Origin: Daphnia carinata
Taxonomy: Eukaryota
Assembly: GCF_022539665.2 (NCBI RefSeq)
Contig: NC_081334.1
Location: 682,001 to 746,000 of the forward strand
Direction of reading: 5' to 3'
Length of the DNA: 64,000 bases
This document shows positions 35,549 through 50,696 of this stretch, piece by piece; position 1 is the first letter of the stretch; each line of letters opens with the position of its first letter. The notes beneath the pieces were generated by a model. It saw only the letters and a program-made list of their open reading frames with translations. It did not search any database and had not been told where the DNA came from. The position numbers were made by a program, and so were the translations under genes.

Positions 35549-37875
35549 ATAAACGATAAACCAATGGAAGCAATGCTTACCATCAAAGGTGACAAAAACA
35601 AATAATGCGAAGAAAAAAAATAAAGTTGATAAATGTAATGTGTGAACACGGCTAACACAGACAATGAAAGAAACAAATTTTGGATAAAATATTTTATAAA
35701 AAAATTTTATTGACAATTTTCTGCACATTACAATTATTTTTGCAACTTTAAAAAGGCATAATAGCCCTTTCAAAAGTTGCCGTCAACCCAGGCAGGGGGA
35801 GACACTGCCTTGTTGACCCACCGGGGAGATTACCCGGTGATTGGCTAAGAGAAGCCGGAAGAAGAGCTGAAGATTTGGAACATTTTTACAGGAGCGATTA
35901 ACCTTTAGTTCGGATTTGTGGGTAGCCACGTCGCCCTCCGTGAACACATCATCGGACTAAGCGGCACCCCACGTCCCCTTTCCGGCCAGAGCCCTCCAAA
36001 CCTCGGTATATGTTATTTTTATATATACCGTACAGTAGGGGCATGACCCCCTACGGGCTTATTACGAGTCAAGGGGAAACGGGGCTACGGAAAGGAAGGG
36101 AGCCCAGATATGCACTTCAATTTTTTAAATATAAAATACCGTCTCGGGAATCCAAATTAAGTATAGAAATGTCATGTCATCCATCGAATCAATACAATTT
36201 ATTCAGTGTCTTGCCCCAACCAAGAATCTTTTCAGATCCAATTTTACTATTAACCTATGCTGAGAAAAGAAAAACAACACCATTAAGCATCTAAATTGTT
36301 GCTCATGTGACTTACATGACTCATAGATTCAACTTCTGGCATAAGCTTGGGAAAGGCCATACAAATTGCAGATGAAAATCATTGTATAAGGCTCTTGAAT
36401 GATAAAATAGCACCCCTAGAATGTTGCATTGTTGATAGTTGTGTTCCCAGTATGCTGAAAATCCTTTCCTGTTGGATAATTTTTTTTTAGATTAGACATG
36501 GGTGGCAAAAAGTAGGAGAAATGCTTTGTCATAAATTCAAAAAATTTTCAAGAAAATTCCTTTCATACCTAAATAGTCCATGTGTGATGTTCATCGCTGC
36601 AATGCCAGCGAAGTGAAACATCTTTAGAGCCATTTAAGTACCCAGCTTCACCAACACTCTGAACGTAAAGGACAAGTTGTTCTTTAGCAAGAGAAGCAGC
36701 TCATACCTTAATGGTAATGCACTTTCAGTGTTTTTTAACTGTATGCTCACTCGTCCAACCTGGAACACTTCCAGATTTTACTTGATCCCCCGCTAAAATT
36801 CTGTGAATGCAAAATAACAGCATTAAAAATACTTTTTCAATAGACAAAAAACCGAAAAGTACCTAATCCATGTTTTATGTTGAACTCATGCCATTTCTGG
36901 GTTTCCGTACCACACCCATTTTCGGCCCAAATACGGTCCCACAATTCTTCAGTTCCTTCGCTGCATGGATTTATTATTAACGATTCTTTTACTACAGCAC
37001 TAACAGAATTTAAATTTAACACACTGTCAGGTGGTGGACTGAATAACTAAACAATAAATAATTGTTTTTAAAAATTCTATACTTATTTTGAATTCTTATT
37101 TGAAAAGTTTAGGTACCTGACTGTGTTCGCCTAACGCCAACTCATCCTCATGTTCAGTTAGGGATGAGTTTGGAAAAACCTCCTTCACTGTTTGGAAACT
37201 GTTCCGTTCCAATTTGTTCTTTTCCCCTAGCTGAGCTTGTAGACTCAAAATTTGAGCTACAAAACCCGAATGAATAAAAGCAAATAAATAGAATCATTAC
37301 GTATTAGGCCTACCATCCTTAGCTTTGTTGTTATCTAATACAGACTTGCCGCGATCGCGATCAAAAATTGATCGCCGATCCGATCTTTTGAAAAAGATCG
37401 GAGATCGGATCGGCGATCCCAAAAAATTGATCGCGATCCGATCGTTTTTAGCGATCAAACTTTTCGCCATCTAGCTGTAGATTTTCAGCCGCAGGGTTCT
37501 ATTTCACTGCTATTTTTGCGAATGCCAATTGAAGGAAACTGTTTAGTGTTCACCCTCAATGGCCGCCAGTGACTGTCGCTGTGACAGCCAATGCTTTTTT
37601 CGCGAAACAGTGTAAATTTTTACCGTTAGATGCTGCACAAAAATGATCGCTAAAAATGATCGGCAAAATTTGATCGCCGATCCGATCTTTCGCAGTTTGA
37701 TCGGATCGCCCGATCCGATCAAACTAAAAAGATCGGATCGGAGATCGCGATCGGAAAATTGATCGGCGCGGCAAGTCTGATCTAATATTTTGTGTTGTTC
37801 CAATAACTGGGCCTGCAGCTTCATAATTTGATCTAATAAACAATAATTAATAATTGAAAACCAATATAATAATCT
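35549..37875 (-). repeat. Long inverted-repeat arm, copy 2 (its gene copy is interrupted by a MITE, has an internal deletion near 36709, and lacks exon 1)
   Basis: Reverse complement of ~33010-35000. ORF 36837-37022 repeats the peptide of ORF 33419-33706. Confidence 0.95.
37341..37779. mobile_element. 439-bp non-autonomous DNA transposon (hAT-type MITE) with 8-bp TSD
   Basis: TIRs CAGACTTGCCGCG / CGCGGCAAGTCTG. TSD ATCTAATA at 37333-37340 and 37780-37787. Empty site (single ATCTAATA) in arm copy 4 at ~40954. Dense subterminal CGATC repeats. Confidence 0.93.
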
Positions 37876-37877
37876 TT

Positions 37878-38097
37878 ATCCGAATTAAAGGTTAATCGCT
37901 CCTGTAAAAATGTTCCATTTCTTCGGCTCTTCTTCCGGCTTCTCTTAGCCAAGCACCGGGTAATCTCCCCGGTGGGTCAACCAATGCAGTGTCTCCCCCT
38001 GCCTTGGTTGGCGGCAACTTTTGAAAGGGTTGTTTTGCCTTTCGAAAGTTGCAAAATTATTTAACTGTTCAGAGTAATGTCAATACAATTTATTTTT
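37878..38097 (+). repeat. Inverted-repeat arm, copy 3 (inner ~220 bp only)
   Basis: Same orientation as 34636-34850; close reverse complement of ~39215-39425. Confidence 0.9.
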
Positions 38098-38418
38098 ATT
38101 AAAGAAAAGCAAAGTTTATCTTATTCTTTCTTACTTTTTTTTTTTTTTGATTGCCCTTATGTTTTGCTCTTTGCATTCTTCTAACTTCTGCACAGTGCAT
38201 TTTATCCATATTATAGTCCTTTGAACTAGGACTTCCTCGTAACGAGATCTCTTGTCTGATTGGATTACAGATATTAGCATTTCAATTTCGTACATACCAG
38301 ATTGGACTTGGCACACTTCCATCTCACAAGTTTGAAATTTTTAAGACACATTGCGGAATTAATTTGATAGCTAATCATTCATTTGTTTTAAACCATTATT
38401 CTAATCTGTATATACATT

Positions 38419-38490
38419 TAACTCATCTGAGAATCGATCCCCAGTCGTTCAGCATGCGCTGCCGATGCTCAACCATTAAGCTATGAGTTA
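38419..38490 (-). pseudogene. tRNA-like C2: near-complete cloverleaf, Ala(CGC)-like
   Basis: Minus strand reads TAACTCA TA GCTT AATGGTT GAGC A TCGGC AGCGCAT GCTGA ACGA CTGGGGATCGATTCTCAG A TGAGTTA. The acceptor stem TAACTCA/TGAGTTA pairs over 7 bp, but the anticodon loop lacks U33 and the T-arm is irregular. Confidence 0.75.
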
Positions 38491-38600
38491 CATAATAATT
38501 AACCGAATTTTCCCTTGTTCCCAGACGATAATTTTATAAAGGCAGTTTTTGGAAGACCGCAAAAATACTTGCTTATCTGTCAGATGGCGTACAAGGTAGA

Positions 38601-38656
38601 TAGCTCTGTGGTAGAGTGTTCGGTTTCAATGATGGAATACTCGGGTTCAAGACTCA
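38601..38656 (+). pseudogene. tRNA-like core B2 (degenerate)
   Basis: TAGCTCTGTGGTAGAGTG…CTCGGGTTCAAGACTC; homologous to B1. Confidence 0.65.
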
Positions 38657-38800
38657 TTTATAGTATAAAAGTTGAAAAGTCTGTCCGCGCAATGCCATTC
38701 ATTTCACTTGTCGAACAATTCATTGGATTTTTTTTCAAAATTATTCTAAGTGTAAAGGGGATATCGCAGCAGCTGACAAGAAAAAACACATTACAATACA

Positions 38801-38864
38801 TAACTCATGGCTCAGTGGTAGAGCATCGGCCCAGTAAGCCGAATATTCAGGGTTCGATTCCCTG
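38801..38864 (+). pseudogene. tRNA-like core A2 with perfect D, anticodon and T arms
   Basis: TG GCTC AGTGGTA GAGC A TCGGC CCAGTAA GCCGA ATATT CAGGG TTCGATT CCCTG; consensus A and B boxes. Confidence 0.85.
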
Positions 38865-39149
38865 AATATAAAGCAAATGAGTTAAGCATAAAGTCAAAAT
38901 GACAGTATGGTTTCATAAACAAATGAAGTTTAATAACTGTTCCGTACAACGCTTATACACATGTTCTAATGGAAGTATACAATACAATTGTAATATGGTG
39001 ATACCTAGATTAACGATGTTGTATTCCATACAATATGTAGCGGTGACCTGAAATCCGTAGTACGAAGAAACAAAATAAAGAAATCAATTGCATGATGAAC
39101 CAATGTTGATTGAAAAAAAGAACCAACAAGGCCATTGCTAAGTTAAAAA

Positions 39150-41286
39150 TGTAAACATTGCGAACACCCAATCGAAAAAGTATTTAAGTTTTGAAAAAAA
39201 TATGTTAAAAAAAAATTTATTGACAATTCTCTACACAACACAGTTATTTTTGCAACTTCTGAAAGGCAATGTAACCTTTCAAAGTTGCCGCCAACCAAGG
39301 CAGGGGGAGACACTGCATTGGTTGACCCACCGGGGAGATTACCCCGGTGCTTGGCTAAGAGAAGCCGGAAGAAGAGCCGAAGAAATGGAACATTTTTACA
39401 GGAGCGATTAACCTTTAATTCGGATTTGTGGGTAGCCACACAGCCCTCCATGAACACTTCATCGAACCATGCGGACCCCCACGTCCCCTTTCCGGCCAGA
39501 GCCCTCCAAACCTCGGTATATGTTGTTTTTATATATACCGTACAGTAGGGGCATGACCCCCTACGGGCTTATTATGAGTCAAGGGGAAACGGGGCTACAG
39601 AAAAGAAGGGAGCCCAGATATGCACTTCAATTTTTTAAATATCAAATACCGTCTAGGGAATCCGAATTAAGTATAGAAATGTCATGTCATCCATCCAATC
39701 AATACAATTTATTCAGTGTCTTGCCCCAACCAAGAATCTTTTCAGATCCAATGTTACTATTAACCTATATTCAGAAAAGAAAAACAACACCATTAAGCAT
39801 ATCAAGTGGTGCTCATGTAACTTACATGACTCATAGATTCAACTTCTGGTGGAAGCTTGGGAAAGGACATACAAATTGCAGATTAACATCATTGTATAAG
39901 GCTCTTGAATGATAAACTAGCACCCGTAGAATGTTGCATTGTTGATAGTTGTGTTCCCAGTACATGAAAATCCTTTCTTATTGGATAATTTTTTTTTTTG
40001 TAGATTAGACCTGGTTGGCAAAAAGGAAGAGAAATTCTTCGTCATAAATTCAAAATTATTTGAAGAAAATTCCTTTCATACCTAAAGAGTCCATGTATGA
40101 TGTTCATCTCTGCAACGGCAGCAAAATCTTAGGGCCATTTAAGTACCCAGTTTCACCAACACTGTGAACATAAAGGACAAGTTGTTCTTTAGCCAGAGAA
40201 GCAGAATTATTTCAGGCTTCTAGCTGTGACAGAACTATAAAGGATTGCTGTTGTACCAGGTTCATTAACACAAGATGGTACTTCTCATTAGACAATTTGC
40301 ATCACTCTATTACTTTACCTCACACCTTAACGGTAATGCACACTCAGTGTTTTTTCAACTACAGGCTGACTCTTCCATCCTGTAACACTTCCAGACTTGA
40401 CTTGATCCTCCGCTAAAATTCTGTGAATGCAAAATAATAGCATAAAAAATACTTTTTCGATAGACAAAGAACTGGTAAGTACCTAATCCATGTTTTAGGT
40501 TGAACTCGCGCTATTTCTGGGTTTCTGTACCACACCCATTTTTGGCCCAAATACAATCCCACAATTGTTCAATTCCTTCACTGCATGGACTTATTACTAA
40601 CGATTCTTTTAGTGCAGCCCTAACAGAATTTAAATTTAACACACTGTCAGGTGGTGGACTGAATAACTAAACAATAAATAATTGTTTGTTAAAATTCTAT
40701 ACTTATTTTGACTTCTTATTTGAAAAGTTTATGTACCTGAATGTGTTCGCCTAATGCCAATTCATCCTCATGTTCAGTTAGAGAAGAGTTTTGAAAAACC
40801 TCCTTCACTGTTTGGAAACTGTTCCGTTCCAATTTCTTCTTTTCCCCTAGCTGAGCTTGTAGACTCAAAATTTGAGTTACAAAACACAAATGAATAAAAG
40901 CAAATAAATAGAATCATTACATATTAGGCCTTACCATCCTTAGCTTTGCTGTTATCTAATATTTTGTGTTGTTCCAATAATTGGGCCTGCAGCTTCATAA
41001 TTTGATCTAATAAAAAATAATTAATAATTGAAAACCAATATAATAATGTTCATACTTACCATCCTTTTGTTGTATTATCTTATCCATTTTTCAATTGTTC
41101 TTCCATCCACGAGTTATTCTCCATCCACGCTACTGAACTAACTGCGAATGGCATCCAATGGACTGAAATTGCCTACGCCAGTAATAACGAGTCTGATCGG
41201 TAGATGGCTACGTGTTGGAAAAAAAGAAAAAAGTGCGATTTTTTTTTCCGCAATTTTTTTTTTTTATGTAAAACGGATTGCCATAT
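39150..41286 (-). repeat. Long inverted-repeat arm, copy 4 (gene copy pseudogenised)
   Basis: Reverse complement of arm 1, with ATG at 41087. The exon-3 acceptor has changed AG>AA (~40877) and there is a TGG>TAG stop (~40511). Confidence 0.95.
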
Positions 41287-41349
41287 GGTAATCCGAGTTT
41301 TATTCTCCTTATCTGAGTTTTATTCTAAGTGTAAATGCAAGTCCACAAG

Positions 41350-41721
41350 CAGACTTGCCGCGCCGATCAATTTTCCGATCTCCATCTCCAGATCGGCGAT
41401 CCGATCAAACTCAAAAAGATCGGATCGGCAATCAAATTTTGTCGATCATTTTTACCGATCATTTTTGTGCGACATCTAGCGCTAAAATTTACACTGTTTC
41501 ACGAATGTAGCATTGGCTGTCACAGCGACAGTCACTGGCGGCCATTAAGGGTGAACACTAAGCAGTTTCCCTCAATTGGCATTCGCAAAAATAGCAGTGA
41601 AATAGAACCATGCGACTGCAAAATCTACAGCTAGATGGCGAAAAGTTTGATCGTTAAAAAAGATCGGATCGCGATCAATTTTTTGGGATCGCCGATCCGA
41701 TGTCCGATCTTTTTCAAAAGA
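41350..41721. mobile_element. Second, inverted and terminally truncated copy of the hAT-type MITE
   Basis: Begins CAGACTTGCCGCGCCGATC; reverse complement of ~37386-37779; the other TIR is missing. Confidence 0.9.
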
Positions 41722-43045
41722 ATAGTAAAAATTGAATGCTGATCACGGGAAAATTTTTATTCTTTCATGATGTTAACCGTTTCTTAAACACACCGAATTA
41801 AAGAAATGAAACAAAATGTTTTAAGCGCACCAACTTAATTTTTTGTTTTTTACGTTTAGTTCCAAAACTTAAGATCCACCTGAAAAACAATTTTTATTTC
41901 CGTGATCAGCGTTGAATTCTGAATCGATTTCATGTATTTTAAGCCAAGTTTAACCAAAAAGGAAAAAGTGGATAAAAGACGCTATTACGTACTGGCGCGC
42001 TAGTTTTTAGCGCGATGCACACAAATATTCGGTGTGCTTAACAAACGGTTGACTTAATGAAAAAAATTACAATTTTTCGGTGATCAGCATTCAATTTTGA
42101 CTATATTCTCTGACTTTCAACCAATTCCAGTAAGTGACAGTTTTTGCAGTAACCTATTTTAAGCCCGACATAATAATCCCAGCCTTGTATTTTTGACGTT
42201 TTATTTAAAAACTATAAAGCCAATTGAAAAGCCAACTCGATTTCCGTCATCAGCACTTAATTCTGAATTGAATTCATGTGTTTTAAGCCAAATTTGAAAT
42301 TTGGCCAAAAACGAAAATGTGAGAAGGCTATAGCCTTCCTACTTTTGTCAAAATCTTCAAAAAAACGGAATCTCTTAGAATTCAACAAAAATCACACGCC
42401 ATGACCAGAATTGCACGTTGATTCTAATTAAGTGATTTATTTTTTCGTCAAACGAGCCGTTTTTGAAATAAACGGAAACGATGTGCTGTAGGCGCACCAT
42501 CTTTATCTTATGGTTTTTTACGTTTAACTTTAAAAATATATGCCAATTCGAAAAATAAACTTAATTTTTGCGCTTTTCATTCAATCCCCAGTCGAAATCA
42601 TGTATTTTAAGTCAATGTTACAATTTAGCCATAACTGAAAATAAGCCCGACAAATAAAATAAGCCCGACTTTTCCATCAATTTCGTATTTTTTCAAAAAT
42701 TTTTAATGTAGCAATGATTATACATGGTTTCGGTTCAGAATTTAATGATAGTCACGGAAATCGAGTCTACTTTTCAATGAGGCTTATACTTTTTAAATAA
42801 ACGAAGAAAACTTGCACGTCAGTACGCGACGCTCTCTAAGGAAAAATTGCACTATCGCTGTTACGTACTGGCGCGTTAGTTTTTGCGGTGTATTTGAATA
42901 ACGGTTGACTTCATGAAAAAAAGACAATTTTCTCGGAATCAGCGTCTAATTTTGTGTTTATTCTGTGATATTCAACCAATCCCAATGAGAAATGCTATCG
43001 TATGGGAATTACCGTGGGAATTTTCCCTCAAATATCTGAGGAAAT
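41722..43045. repeat. AT-rich dispersed repeat cluster (TAAGCCCGAC family), right flank
   Basis: Recurrent subunits: GATCAGCATTCAATT-like, TTACGTACTGGCGCG x2, TAAGCCCGAC x3; related to 31960-32626. Confidence 0.7.
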
Positions 43046-43685
43046 TTCGTCGTGTGTCATAGGTCAACACAACAAACATTATGAAAGGTAATAGATATCC
43101 ATACAGGTTTGTTGAGGTTCATCAAGGAAAGAAGGAGAATTTATCAAATTCTACCGGTATGTTTGGCTTGCTATAGTCGTTTGTTTTTACTCAACATTCA
43201 AATCGCTCTTGTGGTCGCCATAAACTACAAGGCGATATGTTTCCATCCAATCTAAGATGTAGTCTACATTTTCTGTGTGTAGCAAGTTTCTTTTTCGATA
43301 CGTATGCCACAAAAATAGGTTTTAGTAGTTACCGTTATGGAAAATAAGACAGTTTCGATGAATAGAACTTGAGATTTCCAGTCTCGATTGGTTACCCATA
43401 TTGTCTTCCATTCTTATATTGTAGAATTTTAAATCACATTATTTGTGGTACTGGAACTGTGCAGAGGGACAACTAAGGACTATTTCGGTAGTAGAGAAGG
43501 ACAGTGATTTGCAGAGAATATGAGGAAGCTGGAAGCGTATGTGTTCAGTACTCACATACAGTATACTCGTCGTTTTCCTATGTTATAAATCTCTTTTCTT
43601 TTGTTTGATCATTGCTTTTAATAGAGTGAGTGTGTTGCTTAGGCTATACATGAATTGCAATGTATTACGCTGAATCGCAACATAG

Positions 43686-47235
<3,550 letters not shown>

Positions 47236-47639
47236 TTTTTATTAATGTTTGAATTTTTTATTAGTTTTGATTTTCACCATCTGATAACTGAAGAACTTTT
47301 CAATGAGGAGACGGTGTAAGGCGGTTTATTTAACTAATAACATGTATTCCCAAATATATTATACCTTTTACAAGACTAAATGCAAAGGACTTTTGGGCGA
47401 GAGTAAAGTGCGGACATGCACTGCAGACTGGGCAAACTGCGGACTTTTAGCTGCGGACTGGCTAGAGAAAGAGTTTGTGTAACTCATGTACTACTTTACC
47501 AAATGCATATTATAAATTTGATCAATGATATTGTTCTGTTGATTAGCCGGGAAAACGATTTTGTATCAAATACATGTTGCCAGGTAAATGAAAAGGTTTT
47601 GTGAATGAATTAGATATGGATTACAAGGAGGCCTGAATC

Positions 47640-48115
47640 CCTTCATATTTTTCCCACCTAATCATTTATTTATTTTTGGCTAAATATTAGATTTAGTTAA
47701 AAATCCATAATTAAATTCAGAATTGAACGAAAATCCTGGAAATAAAGTTTAGTTTTCCGTTATTCTTACAGTTTTTTAATTAAACGTATACACACATCGT
47801 TAATTTTACAAATGGCTAGTTTATTGAGAAAACTAATAACGTAATCGAAATCAGAATTCAATTTTGAATACCACGCTATTTTTTTTCTCCAAGACTATCG
47901 AAAACTTTGCGAACTCAGGGAGCTGTTTGCAATTCCCCATTATTGGAATCTAATGCACGTTTTTCCATTATTACTGTATGGAAGATTTTGGAAAAATACA
48001 AAATTGGTGGAATAGTCGGGCTTATTTTCAAGACCAATAATTTGACGAAAAAAGTACACAACTTGGAATTCTATAACAAATTAAACGTTATGCTGAAAAT
48101 TGAACACTAGTTTTT
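47640..48115 (-). repeat. Further diverged copy of the TAAGCCCGAC repeat family
   Basis: GTCGGGCTTATTTT at ~48015 (reverse complement of AAAATAAGCCCGAC) plus related subunits. Confidence 0.5.
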
Positions 48116-50171
48116 TTTATCTCATGAAAAATAGGCTATTTTCGCCATTGTTGTTCACTTGATATAAGGCACATATTTGTATTGCTAAATTTTAAGATTA
48201 GGGATTACTGTAGTACTATTGTTCTCGTCAAACCAGCTATTTCTTAAATATATTGAGTTTCCCGATAGGGCTTCTGTCCACATAAGATAATATAGGGCAC
48301 CTCCTACGCGATTTTTTACGATATTTCTCTCAATAAAAATTTTCTCTTCTTCTGCTATTAGTGCTACTACCTTAACCTTTTTTTGCCAAATGAGATTCAG
48401 TTAACAACAAAAACAAAATGTGATTTCAATGGTACCTAGGCAGCAAAAGTGAGACAGACTCAGTAGTAGCATAGCTGATGCAGTTAACACTAAGGGAGTT
48501 AATCATAATATTTTTGTTATACCACCACACTTTTACGTTTACTAAGTAAAATTTTCTTTTACCTCTAGCTAATACGTATTCGCTTCGTGCCGAATTCAAC
48601 CAACATGAATCGGTCATTGCGCACATATTCTGCTTCAATATTCCGTCACCTATCCAAAGATAAAAGTAAAAAACTGAAAGAAAAATCGGTTTCCATATTT
48701 ACTTCTCTAACTATTGTTTTTTTCTATCATTCCATTATTACTGGTAGCACATATTCACGATTGTCATCAGTTAGGAGCTGAGTGGAGAAAACAGGTGTAC
48801 AGGTGGCGTTAAGGCGTTAATGATTTCTTAAAAGTATTGTAGTCCCATGCAGCAGGGATTTTTGAAATGTCGCTTAACGTGGGGAAAACTGCGTCGTTCA
48901 AAACCACTAGCCGTTCGCTTACCTACGCAGGCAACCATTTGGGACACATTAATGTAAGATCCGATGGTTTTTAATACATGGAGATGGAAACTTGACGACC
49001 ATATTGTTTCATTTCCTTATCTTGTCATTGGCAAGAACAGATGGGCATGCCTTGCAAATTGTTTTGGTATGTTTGACAATCAGCTGTTCTGCTGTTGCCA
49101 ATCAAAGGTTCAAATAACTGTCAACCAATTCATGTCTACCAAGTTTCATATAGAAATCTTTGTCTTTTGGGTGTTGCACAGACAAATATAAAAGCAAGAA
49201 AATGCCATTGATGTGGTGAATTTTTCATGTCTATATCATGAACGCCCAGATGATATACACATACACTTATCATTTGAGCCAAAAAGGACTTGCTTAACTT
49301 TTAAGCTCAACTTTTTAATGAAAAAAAAAAGAAAAGACAGGCTTCTAATGGCATCACTCAGTCCCACAGAATGATATACTTGCAAATGCACCATGTTAGA
49401 CGTACCCTGAATGCCTGAAAAAATTAGCGAAGTATTCACGTTTAAGGGATAATAGTTGATGTGATGCCTAATCACAGCTGTCAAAGTTGCAAGAATTTCA
49501 CAGTGGAAAACACTACGGGAAAGAACTGGCTTCTTTAGGTTAAATTGTTAGGCAACAACAATTGAAGTTCTGTTGTTGAAAGAAGAAACCAAATCAAAAG
49601 CAACGCGAAACTCTGAATTACGTTATTTCCAAAGGGCGGTGAGATAAGTCTCCGATCAAATTTTCGCTTAGCTACTTTCAGACTTTTGTAAGAGTTTATG
49701 TAACAGTGTGAATTCAGTATTGCATGAAGAAATTTACAGCGAATAACGAAAAAAGTTACTTCGACTACCAGAGAATCAGCAAAGAAATTTGATTTTCTGG
49801 AGACCTAGGTTTCTCTGCTATCATCAATCGACACCACGAGAAAATAAACATTTAGCGAAAACTTCTGGTTGCTGTCTGGCAGTCACGAACGGCGAACGGC
49901 ATTACAATCGATGGACAAATACAATATTTAGCAGACTCCATCGGGTTTGAGGGCGAAGTCTAATCCCTCCTTGGGGTGGCAACTTTGACCGCTAGATGAC
50001 ATTTTAAATATTTATAAATTACCGAATTAAACGGTTAACAAGCGAACAAGAGTAGTCGATTAAAAAGTGAGTCAAATGGCAAAATAATTTTTTTCTCGTC
50101 TAATCAGCAGCAGTTTCTATATATGCTAAATAATTTTGCTACATCACACCAGCGCTGTAGCGTGCTACCGG

Positions 50172-50513
50172 TACAGCTAGTTGGGGATCGGTCCCAATTG
50201 GCTCTAATCGGGGTCCCCGTCCCGAAAAAAGCTTTCGGAGCACAATCAGGGAACCTCTTCGTCAACCAGGGCTGGGAGGGGCAAAAATCTCGTGTTGCCC
50301 CCGAACGCCCCGATGCCCTTATAAAATATGATGACTCTTACGGTTTTGGGTTGAAAATTGGGGTCAGCGTGTGAAATCACGGTTGTAACTGAATTTTTTC
50401 TCTAGATTGATTTTGGTCTTGCATAGATTAACGGGTTGTAATCGGGGTTGTATCGGCGAGTACGTTCCCCGATTAAATCCCGATTGGCTCGGGGCCGATC
50501 TCTACCAGCAGGG
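50172..50513. mobile_element. Possible degenerate MITE upstream of the cindr homologue
   Basis: Imperfect terminal inverted repeats: left TACAGCTAGTTGGGGATCGGTCCC…TAATCGGGG; right end reverse-complemented CCCTGCTGGTAGAGATCGGCCCC…TAATCGGGG. No clear TSD. Confidence 0.4.
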
Positions 50514-50696
50514 CAGCAGGACAGTAGTTGCATTTATTTGAAATCGTCAACTCCGTTGACTGTAAACACTCGTAATATTGCTTATGCCCATTATCACGGA
50601 AAGCCCAATAGTAAAAACCAGTCAAGGAGTTTTTTTTTATTACGTTCACGATTTTTACCGTTCTTCCTGATAGCTGAGGATCTTTTTTAAATTTCG

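Noticed and set aside
37341..37460. CGATC-rich repeats as a CRISPR-like or methylation array
   Set aside because: Eukaryotic context, no repeat-spacer periodicity; explained as MITE subterminal repeats.
35001..38890. Interpretation as functional tRNA genes or a mitochondrial insertion
   Set aside because: Most lack acceptor stems and canonical anticodon loops, the boxes are nuclear Pol III type, and no mitochondrial genes are nearby.
39469..39912. 147-aa ORF in arm 4 (partial in arms 1 and 2)
   Set aside because: Antisense to the spliced arm gene, broken by stops at different places in the other copies, and no recognisable domain.
48430..49900. Exon-like segments on the minus strand between DHX35 and cindr
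   Set aside because: Some splice-like signals, but every frame stops early and no protein is recognisable; cannot support a gene call.
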